Assembly (NCBI GenBank): GCA_963825545.1
Contig: CAWGTR010000006.1
Span: forward strand, 223,475 to 287,474
Direction of reading: 5' to 3'
Origin: an uncultured Chloroflexia bacterium
GTDB taxonomy: Bacteria; Chloroflexota; Limnocylindria; Limnocylindrales; CSP1-4
DNA length: 64,000 bases
Part shown: positions 8,665-17,046 of the stretch, piece after piece
How the letters are laid out: each line of letters opens with the position of its first letter
How positions within the stretch are numbered: position 1 is the first letter of the stretch
Made by a program: the position numbers and the translations under genes
Notes under the pieces: model-generated
The model's database searches: none
What the model was told of the DNA's origin: nothing
The model's input: only the letters and a program-made list of their open reading frames with translations

Positions 8665-10004
8665 CCGGCCTCCTGAAGACTCCGACCGGCTGGCCGAAGG
8701 TCCTCATCGAGTCGCCCCAGGCCGTCGACCCGACCGACCTCGATCGAGCCGTCCGCGATGGCGCCTTCGAGGCGCTCCGGACCGCGGTCCGGGCGATGAC
8801 CCCGAGCCAGGTCATCGGGGCGGTGGTCGGCTCCGGCCTGCGCGGTCGCGGCGGCAGCGGCTTCCCGACCGGGGCGAAGTGGCGGGTCGCGGCGAGCGCC
8901 CCCGGACCCACCCGCTACGTCGTCGCCAACGGCTACGGCGCCGACCCGGCGGTCCAGACCGACCGGACGCTCATGGAGCTGGCCCCGTATGCCGTGGTCG
9001 AGGGGGTCGCCCTGGCGGCCTATGCGATCGGGGCCGGCGAGGCGATCATTGCCGTCCGGGCCGATGCCGCCGAGGCGATCCGCCGGCTTGACGCGGCGAT
9101 CGGCGCCGCCGAGGAGGCCGGCTTCGCGGGGCCCGACGTCCTGGAGTCCGGCTGGGACCTGTCGATCCAGGTCCGCCCCGTCCAGGGTGCCTACATGCTC
9201 GGCGAGGAGACCGTCCTGCTCAAGGCGCTCGAGGGCAAGCGGGGCCAGCCCGAGCAGCGGCCGCCGCACCCGGCGGAGCGCGGGCTGTTCGGCCGCCCGA
9301 CGGTCGTCGACAACGTCCAGACCCTGGCGAGCGTGCCCTGGATCGTCCGCAACGGACCCGAGGCATACGCCGCGATCGGCTCGACGGCGAGCCCAGGGAC
9401 GATCCTCGTCCAGCTCCGCGCGCCGGCCGGCGGTGGGATCGCCGAGGTGCCGCTCGGGACCCCGCTCCGGGAGCTCATCGCGCTCGCCGGCCCGCGGGCC
9501 GGCCGATCGGACGGCGGCCGGCCGGTCAAGGCGGTCCTCGTCGGCGGACCCGCGGGTGGGTTCCTGCCGGCGGACCTGCTCGACACGCCGTTCGACTTCG
9601 AGTCGCTCCGCGACGTCGGGGCGCACGTCGGATCCGGCTCCATCGTCGTCGCCGACGACCGGGCCTGCGTCGTCGACCTGGCCCGGCTGCTCAGCCGCTT
9701 CTGCGCCGATCAGGCCTGTGGCAAGTCGATCCCCTGCCGGATCGGCACCCGTCGCCTGTCCGAGATCGCCGACCGGATCGCGGTCGGCACGCCGCGCCCG
9801 ACCGATGCCGGGCTGGCCGCCGACCTGGCCGCCGACATCCAGGGTTCCGGCCTGTGCGACCACGAGCGGCTGGCGACGCTGCCGATGACCAGCGCGATGC
9901 GATACTTCCGTGCCGAGCTCGACGACCATCTCCTCCGCAGCACCTGCCCCGCCGGCGTCTGCCACCCGATCAAGGTGGCCGTCGGGGCCGACCGAGGCGC
10001 TTGA
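8661..10004 (+). CDS. nuoF: divergent NuoF-like flavoprotein subunit (F')
   Basis: GLRGRGGSGFPTGAKW and GAYMLGEETVLLKALEG are present. ATG 8661 overlaps the upstream stop (ATGA). The dinucleotide-site segment reads ANGYGADPA rather than CNADE-type, and the N3 region reads FCADQACGKSIPC...GLC. Confidence 0.8.
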   Translation: MTGLLKTPTGWPKVLIESPQAVDPTDLDRAVRDGAFEALRTAVRAMTPSQVIGAVVGSGLRGRGGSGFPTGAKWRVAASAPGPTRYVVANGYGADPAVQTDRTLMELAPYAVVEGVALAAYAIGAGEAIIAVRADAAEAIRRLDAAIGAAEEAGFAGPDVLESGWDLSIQVRPVQGAYMLGEETVLLKALEGKRGQPEQRPPHPAERGLFGRPTVVDNVQTLASVPWIVRNGPEAYAAIGSTASPGTILVQLRAPAGGGIAEVPLGTPLRELIALAGPRAGRSDGGRPVKAVLVGGPAGGFLPADLLDTPFDFESLRDVGAHVGSGSIVVADDRACVVDLARLLSRFCADQACGKSIPCRIGTRRLSEIADRIAVGTPRPTDAGLAADLAADIQGSGLCDHERLATLPMTSAMRYFRAELDDHLLRSTCPAGVCHPIKVAVGADRGA

Positions 10005-12640
10005 TGACCGACCTGATCGTCCGACCCGAAGGCGCCCCGCCCGCCGAGCCGGGCGTCGCCGAGACCCTCGCGGAGCGACTGCTCGACGTGTCGGCGCCGC
10101 AGCGCCCGATGAGCGCCCCGGTGATCCGGATCGAGGTCGACGGGCGGGTCGTCGAGGGTCGCGACGGCCAGACGATCCTCGAGGTCTGCCGCGACAACGG
10201 GATCGAGGTCCCGACGCTGTGCTACGAGCCGAAGCTGCCCGGCTTCGGCGCCTGCCGGATGTGCGTCGTCGAGGTCGAGGGCGAAGAGCACCCGCCGATC
10301 AGCTGCTCGCGCGCGGCAGAGGCCGGCATGAAGGTCCAGACCCAGACCGACGAGGTGCGCCGCCTGCGGGCCACGAACCTCGAGCTGATCTTCAGCGACC
10401 ACAACGCCTACTGCCTGCCGCCCTGCCAGAACAAGTGCCCGAGCCACATCGACATTCCCGGCTTCCTCAAGCAGAACGCCGAGGGCGAGTGGCGCGAGTC
10501 GACCCGGATCTTCAAGCGGACGATCCCCTTCCCGAGCGTGCTCGGACGGGTCTGCCCGGCGCCGTGCGAGGAGCACTGCCGGCGCGACGAGGTCGATGAG
10601 GCGATCGCCATCCGTGACAGCCACCGCTACGCCGGGGACCAGGTCATCAAGGCGATGCTCGACGACGGGATCGACCCGCCGCTGCCATTCGAGCCCCAGC
10701 CGAAGACGGGTCGCCGGGCGGCCGTCATCGGGTCCGGCCCGGCCGGGATGAGCGCCGCCTACTACCTCCTCCTGGCCGGTCACGACGTGACCGTCTTCGA
10801 GCGCGACCCGGCGCCCGGCGGGATGCTCCGCTACGGGATCCCGCAGTACCGGCTCCCGAAGATCGAGGTCCTCGAGGCGGAGTACGAGTCGGTCAGCCGG
10901 CTGGGCGGGAAGATCGTATGCAACCAGGCCCTCGGGCGCGACTTCACCCTCGACGACCTCCAGGGCCAGGGCTACGACGCCGTCCTGGTGGCGATCGGCT
11001 GCTACGACACGAACAAGCTGGGCATCCCGAACGAGGACGCCGACGGCGTCATCGACGGCCTCGAATACCTCCAGACGGCCACCCTCGGCCTGCCCTACCC
11101 CGGGCACCGCGGGAAGCGCGTCGTCGTGATCGGCGGGGGGTTCACCTCGATGGACTGCTCGCGGACGTCGATCCGCCAGGGTGCCGCCGAGGTGACCCTC
11201 GTCTATCGCCGGGACATGAAGGACATGCCCGCCTCGAACGAGGTCCACGAGGCGATCGAGGAAGGCGTCCAGGCGATCTTCCAGGCCGCCCCGACGCGGG
11301 TCATCGTCGACGAGAAGACCGGCCGGGTGAGCGGCGTCGAGTTCATCCGCAACAAGCTCGGCGAGCCCGACGCGTCGGGCCGGCGGCGGCCCGAGCCGTC
11401 GCCCGGCACGGAGTTCACAATCGATTGCGACCGGGTCCTCCTGGCGATCGGCCAGGGCCCCGACCTGACCTGGATCGGGCCGGGCTCGGAGGGTCCCGAG
11501 GCGACGAAGCAGCGCCGGCTGAAGGCCGACCCGGTGACGTTCGAGACCGGACGGCCCGGCGTGTTCGGGACCGGCGACGTGCGGGTCGGCGCGGCCACCG
11601 TCGTCCAGGCGATCGCCGAGGGCCGCCGGGCGTCGTACGCCGCGGACGCCTACCTGCGTGGGATGGACCTCGGGACGATCCGGGCCCGCCAGACGCTCGC
11701 CGAGCCGCAGCCCGAGTTCCTGTCGATCGTGCCATTTACGAGCGAGGTCAAGGAACCCCGCTACCGGCTCAAGGCGATGGACGCCGAGGTCCGCAACAAG
11801 AGCTACCTCGAGTACGAGATCCCGTACACCCCCGCGGAGGCGGTCGCGGAGTCGACCCGCTGCCTGCAGTGCACCTGCGAGGCGATTGGGTTCTGCGACC
11901 TGCGCCGGCTCGGAATCGAGTACGGGACGACACTGCGCACGCTCGAGCCGCAGTTCCACCAGGGCGCGGGCTACCGGAGCGTCACCGAGAACCGCTTCAC
12001 CGGGATCAACCACGACTACGTGCGCGACGACAGCCACGCCTTCATCCTCCGCGAGCCGTCGCGCTGCATCGACTGCGGCCGCTGCGCCCAGGTCTGCTCC
12101 GAGGTCGTCGGGGCCGCCTGCTACGACTTCATGCGGATCGGCTTCGACACGCTCGTGACGACCCCGCTCGACATGAGCCTCAACGACACCCCGTGCGTGT
12201 CCTGTGGGCGCTGCGCCGAGACCTGCCCGACCGGGGCGCTGATGCCGAAGCCACGGGTGCTCGAGAAGTACGAGGTCGACGAGAGCCGCTGCATCCTGTG
12301 CGGGATCTGCGTCGATGCCTGTCCGTACGACGCCCTCCGCGACGGCGCCGACTTCGAGCTCAGCCACGTCGATCGCTCCGAGCCGATGGTCGACCTGATC
12401 GCCCTGGCGGCCATCGACCGGGAGACGGAGGCGACCTACATCCGCCGCGAGCGCGACTGGGTCGCCCGCGCCACCGCCGCCGGGCGTCCACCGGATCCGT
12501 CGCGCCTCCTGCCGGTCCTGCCGCCATCCGTCACCGGGGGCGGGGCGGGCCTGGCCGCCGCGCGCCACGGAGAGCGAACGGGCGGCAACGGCGCCTCCGG
12601 CAACGGCGCGGCCGGCGCCGGCCACGCCCATCACGAGTAG
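10004..12640 (+). CDS. NuoG-type Fe-S protein with an inserted GltD-like FAD/NAD(P)H oxidoreductase module and no molybdopterin-like domain (G'::GltD)
   Basis: Domain order: a 2Fe-2S motif (CYEPKLPGFGACRMCVVEVEG...ISC); GltD-type Fe-S sites (YCLPPCQNKCPSHIDIPGFLK, GRVCPAPCEEHC); GxGxxG sites (AVIGSGPAGMSAAYYL, VVVIGGGFTSMD); then CIDCGRCAQVC, CVSCGRCAETCPTGAL and CILCGICVDACPYDAL. The start overlaps the nuoF' stop (TGATG). Confidence 0.8.
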   Translation: MTDLIVRPEGAPPAEPGVAETLAERLLDVSAPQRPMSAPVIRIEVDGRVVEGRDGQTILEVCRDNGIEVPTLCYEPKLPGFGACRMCVVEVEGEEHPPISCSRAAEAGMKVQTQTDEVRRLRATNLELIFSDHNAYCLPPCQNKCPSHIDIPGFLKQNAEGEWRESTRIFKRTIPFPSVLGRVCPAPCEEHCRRDEVDEAIAIRDSHRYAGDQVIKAMLDDGIDPPLPFEPQPKTGRRAAVIGSGPAGMSAAYYLLLAGHDVTVFERDPAPGGMLRYGIPQYRLPKIEVLEAEYESVSRLGGKIVCNQALGRDFTLDDLQGQGYDAVLVAIGCYDTNKLGIPNEDADGVIDGLEYLQTATLGLPYPGHRGKRVVVIGGGFTSMDCSRTSIRQGAAEVTLVYRRDMKDMPASNEVHEAIEEGVQAIFQAAPTRVIVDEKTGRVSGVEFIRNKLGEPDASGRRRPEPSPGTEFTIDCDRVLLAIGQGPDLTWIGPGSEGPEATKQRRLKADPVTFETGRPGVFGTGDVRVGAATVVQAIAEGRRASYAADAYLRGMDLGTIRARQTLAEPQPEFLSIVPFTSEVKEPRYRLKAMDAEVRNKSYLEYEIPYTPAEAVAESTRCLQCTCEAIGFCDLRRLGIEYGTTLRTLEPQFHQGAGYRSVTENRFTGINHDYVRDDSHAFILREPSRCIDCGRCAQVCSEVVGAACYDFMRIGFDTLVTTPLDMSLNDTPCVSCGRCAETCPTGALMPKPRVLEKYEVDESRCILCGICVDACPYDALRDGADFELSHVDRSEPMVDLIALAAIDRETEATYIRRERDWVARATAAGRPPDPSRLLPVLPPSVTGGGAGLAAARHGERTGGNGASGNGAAGAGHAHHE

Positions 12641-12652
12641 GGAGGAGCGCGG

Positions 12653-13204
12653 GTGCCGATCCCGGACACGATCCCGGTCATCGGGGCGACTTGGAACGAC
12701 GCCCTGTTCGTGATCTTCGCCGGGATCCTCCTCGGATCCGGGCTGCTCGTCGTCACCCTCCGCGACATCATCCGCTGCGGGCTGGCGATGATCGTCTGCT
12801 TCGGCGCCCTGGCCGGCATCTACGTCATCCTCGGCGCACCGCTCATCGCCGGGGCCCAGGTGCTCGTCTACATCGGCGCGATCAGCGTGCTCATCCTGTT
12901 CGCCATCATGCTCACCCAGACGAAGGCCGCCCCGGCCCGCCTCGTGTTCCAGACCCAGGCGGTCCCGGCGGCGATCGCCGCGCTCGTCCTGGCAGTGATC
13001 CTCGCGCTCGTGGTCGTGTCGACGGACTGGGGTGCCGCGGCGGCGGTCGCGCGGACGGCGACGGACGACATGGCCCGCCTCCTGTTCCACGACTATGTCC
13101 TGCCGTTCGAGGTCGTGAGCGTCCTGCTCCTCGCGGCGGTCGTCGGCGGGGTCTACCTTGCCAAGCGCGAGGTCGACGCGACCGAGGAGCGCGGCCCGCG
13201 ATGA
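12653..13204 (+). CDS. nuoJ: NADH-quinone oxidoreductase subunit J
   Basis: GTG follows GGAGGAG. TM-rich, with AGAQVLVYIGAISVLILFAIML and a C-terminal GGVYLAKRE. Confidence 0.9.
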   Translation: MPIPDTIPVIGATWNDALFVIFAGILLGSGLLVVTLRDIIRCGLAMIVCFGALAGIYVILGAPLIAGAQVLVYIGAISVLILFAIMLTQTKAAPARLVFQTQAVPAAIAALVLAVILALVVVSTDWGAAAAVARTATDDMARLLFHDYVLPFEVVSVLLLAAVVGGVYLAKREVDATEERGPR

Positions 13205-13512
13205 CGAACTCCCTCGATGCCTACCTGATCCTGTCCGGCCTGCTGTTCTGCCTCGGGACCTTCGGCTTCCTTGCCCGCCGCAACGCGATCAGCATGCTCA
13301 TGTCGATCGAGCTGATGCTCAACGCCGTCAACCTCTCGATCGTCGCCTTCGGGGCGTTCGTGCCCAAGCTCCAGGGCCAGGGCTCGATCATCGCCCTGGT
13401 GGTGATGGCCGTGGCGGCGGGTGAGGCGACGGTCGGGCTGGCCATCGTCATGGCGATCTTCCGCAACCGGCGGACGCCGCTCGTCGACGAGTACGACTCG
13501 ATGCGGCAGTAA
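13201..13512 (+). CDS. nuoK: NADH-quinone oxidoreductase subunit K
   Basis: ATGA overlap with nuoJ. LMSIELMLNAVNLSIVAF...AAGEATVGLAIVMAIFRNRRT. Confidence 0.95.
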   Translation: MTNSLDAYLILSGLLFCLGTFGFLARRNAISMLMSIELMLNAVNLSIVAFGAFVPKLQGQGSIIALVVMAVAAGEATVGLAIVMAIFRNRRTPLVDEYDSMRQ

Positions 13513-13516
13513 GCCG

Positions 13517-15487
13517 ATGCCGTACGACGCGCTGATCGTCGCCATCCCGGCGCTGCCGATCGCCGGCTTCGCCTTCACCGCCCTGTTCGGCCGGCGCATC
13601 CAGGCGCGGCTCGGCCGGAACGCGGCCAGCGCCGTCCCGCTCGCCGTGGTGATCCTGAGCTGGCTGGCGGCGATGATCGTCGTGGTCCCCGCGCTCGGGC
13701 ATGCCGAGCCATTCGGCGAGCGCGGTCTCGACTTCACGCTGTACACCTGGATCCCGGCCGGGAACTTCGTCGTCGACGTCGGGTTCCACGTCGACGCCCT
13801 GACGGCCTGCCTCCTGATCGTGGTGACGACGATCGGGATGCTCGTCCACGTCTACTCGGTCGGGTACATGGCCCACGACCCCGGGACGTGGCGGTTCTTC
13901 GCCTACCTCAACCTGTTCATGTTCTCGATGCTGCTGCTCGTGCTGGCCGACAGCTTCCTCGTGATCTTCGTGGCCTGGGAGCTGGTCGGGCTGTCGAGCT
14001 ACCTGCTGATCGGGTTCTGGTACCGCAAGCCGACCGCGGCGCTCGCCGCGAAGAAGGCGTTCATCGTCAACCGTGTCGGGGACGTCGGCTTCGCGCTCGG
14101 GATCATGCTCATCTTCGTGAGCCTCGGGACGCTCAACGTCCAGGCGGTGCTCGGGTCGATCGGGACGCTCGACCAGTTCACGATCGTGGCCATCGCGCTG
14201 CTCGTGTTCTGTGGCGCAGTCGGCAAGAGCGCCCAGTTCCCGCTCCACGTCTGGCTGCCCGACGCGATGGAGGGCCCGACCCCCGTCTCGGCGCTGATCC
14301 ATGCCGCGACGATGGTCAACGCCGGGGTCTACCTGATCGCGCGGGTCAACCCGATCTTCGGCCACGCCCAGGGCGCGATGGTCGTGGTGGCGGCGATCGG
14401 GATCTTCACCGCGCTGCTCGCCGCGTCGATCGCGTTCACCCAGACCGACATCAAGCGCGTCCTCGCCTACTCGACGTTGTCCCAGCTCGGCTACATGTTC
14501 GCCGCGCTCGGCGTCGGCGCCTGGATCGGCGCCATCTTCCACCTCATGGCCCACGGTTTCTTCAAGGGCCTCCTGTTCCTCGATTCGGGGTCGGTGATCC
14601 ACGCCGTCCACGAGGAGCAGGACATGCGCCGGATGGGCGGGCTGTGGCGCAAGATCCCGATCACGTACTGGACGATGCTCATCGGCGCGCTGGCGATCTC
14701 GGGGATCCCGCCGCTGGCCGGCTTCTTCAGCAAGGACGAGATCCTCGGCGAGGCGTTCAAGAACGGCTTCCTCGTCGTCTGGGCGATCGGCTTCGCGGTC
14801 GCCGGGATGACCGCCTTCTACATGTTCCGGCTGATGGGGATGACCTTCTGGGGCCCGAGCCACGTCGACCCGAAGGTGGAGCCCACGATCCATGAGTCGC
14901 CCCGCTCGATGACCGTGCCGCTCATCCTGCTGGCGATCGCGTCGATCTTCCTCGGGCTCGTGATCGGCGTGCCGCTCGGTGCCGGCCTGATCAACACCTG
15001 GCTCGAGCCGGTGTTCGCCGAGACGATCGCGCTGACTGGCGGCGAGGCGGCTCCGTTCGGCCCGCTTGACGTAGCCCTGATCCTGGCCAGCGTGTCGATC
15101 GCGACGATCGGGATCATCGTCGCCTGGCGCTTCTTCGGGGTCGAGCTCGGCGCCCTCCGCCGCGCTCCGCGGCCGAAGGAGGTCACGGCGATCGCCACGG
15201 CCAGCCCCCTGACCCGGTTCCTCTACCGCGCTTCGCTCAACAAGTGGTGGTTCGACGACCTCAACGACCTGTTGTTCATCCGGATCGGCGGGCGGATCGC
15301 GGCCGCGGCCTGGTGGTTCGACCGGACGATCATCGACGGCACGGTCAACGAGATCGGCACAATCGCTGTCGGCGTCGGCCGGGAGCTGCGCCGGGTCCAG
15401 ACCGGTCGGGTCCAGAACTACGCCCTCGGGATCGCCATCGGGCTGATCGTGATGGCCGGCTCGTACCTCGTGATCGTGGGGCGCTGA
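13517..15487 (+). CDS. nuoL: NADH-quinone oxidoreductase subunit L
   Basis: WELVGLSSYLLIGFW, KSAQFPLHVWLPDAMEGPTPVSALIHAATMV and YSTLSQLGYMF. 656 aa. Confidence 0.95.
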   Translation: MPYDALIVAIPALPIAGFAFTALFGRRIQARLGRNAASAVPLAVVILSWLAAMIVVVPALGHAEPFGERGLDFTLYTWIPAGNFVVDVGFHVDALTACLLIVVTTIGMLVHVYSVGYMAHDPGTWRFFAYLNLFMFSMLLLVLADSFLVIFVAWELVGLSSYLLIGFWYRKPTAALAAKKAFIVNRVGDVGFALGIMLIFVSLGTLNVQAVLGSIGTLDQFTIVAIALLVFCGAVGKSAQFPLHVWLPDAMEGPTPVSALIHAATMVNAGVYLIARVNPIFGHAQGAMVVVAAIGIFTALLAASIAFTQTDIKRVLAYSTLSQLGYMFAALGVGAWIGAIFHLMAHGFFKGLLFLDSGSVIHAVHEEQDMRRMGGLWRKIPITYWTMLIGALAISGIPPLAGFFSKDEILGEAFKNGFLVVWAIGFAVAGMTAFYMFRLMGMTFWGPSHVDPKVEPTIHESPRSMTVPLILLAIASIFLGLVIGVPLGAGLINTWLEPVFAETIALTGGEAAPFGPLDVALILASVSIATIGIIVAWRFFGVELGALRRAPRPKEVTAIATASPLTRFLYRASLNKWWFDDLNDLLFIRIGGRIAAAAWWFDRTIIDGTVNEIGTIAVGVGRELRRVQTGRVQNYALGIAIGLIVMAGSYLVIVGR

Positions 15488-15491
15488 GCCG

Positions 15492-17039
15492 ATGGGCGAC
15501 CTGACCATCCCGCTGCTCAGCGCGATCACCTTCACGCCGCTCGTCGGGGCGCTGGTCATCGCGGTCGTCCCGCGCACCGCCGAACGGGCGATCCGCTGGA
15601 TCGCGCTGGCGACGTCGCTGATCGCGTTCGGGCTGTCGCTCGTGCTGCTGGCGGCGTTCGACCCGCTCAAGCCGGGCTTCTCGTTCGTCGAGCAGGTGGA
15701 CTGGATCCCCGTCTTCGGGATCCAGTACAAGGTCGGGGTCGACGGCCTGTCGGCCGTGCTCGTGGTGCTCACGACGACGCTGTCGTGGATCAGCATCCTC
15801 GCCTCGTTCGGGCCGATCCACGAGCGGATCAAGGAGTACATGATCTCGTTCCTGATCCTCGAGGTCGGCCTGATCGGCGTGTTCGTGGCGCTCGACCTGT
15901 TCCTGTTCTACGTGTTCTGGGAGGTCGTCCTCGTCCCGATGTACCTGATCATCGGGATCTGGGGCGGCTCAAACCGGGTGTACGCGACGATCAAGTTCGT
16001 GCTGTACACGCTCGTCGGGTCGCTGCTGATGCTGGTCGCGATCCTGGCCACGGCCTTCACCTACCAGTCGGCGACCGGCAGCTGGGACCACGCCTTCGAC
16101 TTCGAGTACCTGCGCAGCTTCGCCGCGACAGTCGGGTTCGCGAATGGGCTCCAGGTGTTCGCGTTCCTGGCCTTCTTCCTCGCCTTCGCGATCAAGGTCC
16201 CCATGTTCCCGTTCCACACCTGGCTGCCGGATGCCCACGTCGAGGCCCCGACGGCCGGGTCGGTGATCCTCGCGGCGATCATGCTCAAGCTCGGCGCCTA
16301 CGGGTTCATCCGCTTCGCGGTGCCGCTGTTCCCCGATGCGGCCCACACGTTCGCGGTACCGATCATCGTGCTCAGCCTCATCGCGATCATCTATGGCGCG
16401 GTCGTCGCCCTCGTCCAGCCCGACCTCAAGAAGCTCATCGCCTACTCGTCGGTCAGCCACATGGGCTTCGTGACCCTCGGGATCTTCGTGTTCCAGCAGC
16501 AGGGCCTGCAGGGGGCGATCCTGCAGATGGTCAACCACGGGCTGATCACCGGGGCCCTGTTCCTCCTGGTCGGGGTGATCTACGAGCGGACCCACGACCG
16601 GACGATCGCCAGGATGGGCGGGCTGTCGGGCCGAACTCCGGTGTACGCCGCCGCATTCGGCTTCTTTGTCTTCGCCAGCGCCGGGCTGCCCGGGCTGTCC
16701 GGGTTCGTCGGCGAGTTCCTGGTGCTGGTCGGGACCTTCGCGGCCAGCCCGTACGCCGCGGCCATCGCCACGTTCTGCATGATCCTGGCGGCCGGCTACC
16801 TGCTCTGGATGTTCCAGCGCGTCTTCACGGGCGAGCTGTCCGACTTCCTGGCCGGCCTCGGCCAGCACCTGACCGACATCCGTCCGATCGAGATCGCGAC
16901 GCTCGCCCCGCTCGGGGCGATGATCGTCGTGTTCGGGCTCTTCCCCGGCCTCCTCCTGACGATCATCCAGGGCACCGTGGCGACCTTCACCGCGAGCGTC
17001 GGCGCCCACGACGTCGCCGTCCACCTGATGGTCCGGTAG
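15492..17039 (+). CDS. nuoM: NADH-quinone oxidoreductase subunit M
   Basis: FYVFWEVVLVPMYLIIGIWGG, FPFHTWLPDAHVEAPTAGSVILA and YSSVSHMGFV. Confidence 0.95.
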   Translation: MGDLTIPLLSAITFTPLVGALVIAVVPRTAERAIRWIALATSLIAFGLSLVLLAAFDPLKPGFSFVEQVDWIPVFGIQYKVGVDGLSAVLVVLTTTLSWISILASFGPIHERIKEYMISFLILEVGLIGVFVALDLFLFYVFWEVVLVPMYLIIGIWGGSNRVYATIKFVLYTLVGSLLMLVAILATAFTYQSATGSWDHAFDFEYLRSFAATVGFANGLQVFAFLAFFLAFAIKVPMFPFHTWLPDAHVEAPTAGSVILAAIMLKLGAYGFIRFAVPLFPDAAHTFAVPIIVLSLIAIIYGAVVALVQPDLKKLIAYSSVSHMGFVTLGIFVFQQQGLQGAILQMVNHGLITGALFLLVGVIYERTHDRTIARMGGLSGRTPVYAAAFGFFVFASAGLPGLSGFVGEFLVLVGTFAASPYAAAIATFCMILAAGYLLWMFQRVFTGELSDFLAGLGQHLTDIRPIEIATLAPLGAMIVVFGLFPGLLLTIIQGTVATFTASVGAHDVAVHLMVR

Positions 17040-17046
17040 GCGGGCG

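Noticed and set aside
9710-13090. 1126-aa minus-strand ORF
   Set aside because: It is antisense to nuoF', G'::GltD and nuoJ, and has the same Arg/Asp/Gly-rich artefact composition.
10918-13512. 864-aa plus-strand ORF
   Set aside because: It is out of frame with G'::GltD and nuoJ for most of its length. Only its last 103 codons (13201-13512) are real, and they are nuoK.
13448-15841. 797-aa minus-strand ORF
   Set aside because: It is antisense to nuoL and nuoM and is a low-complexity charged sequence.
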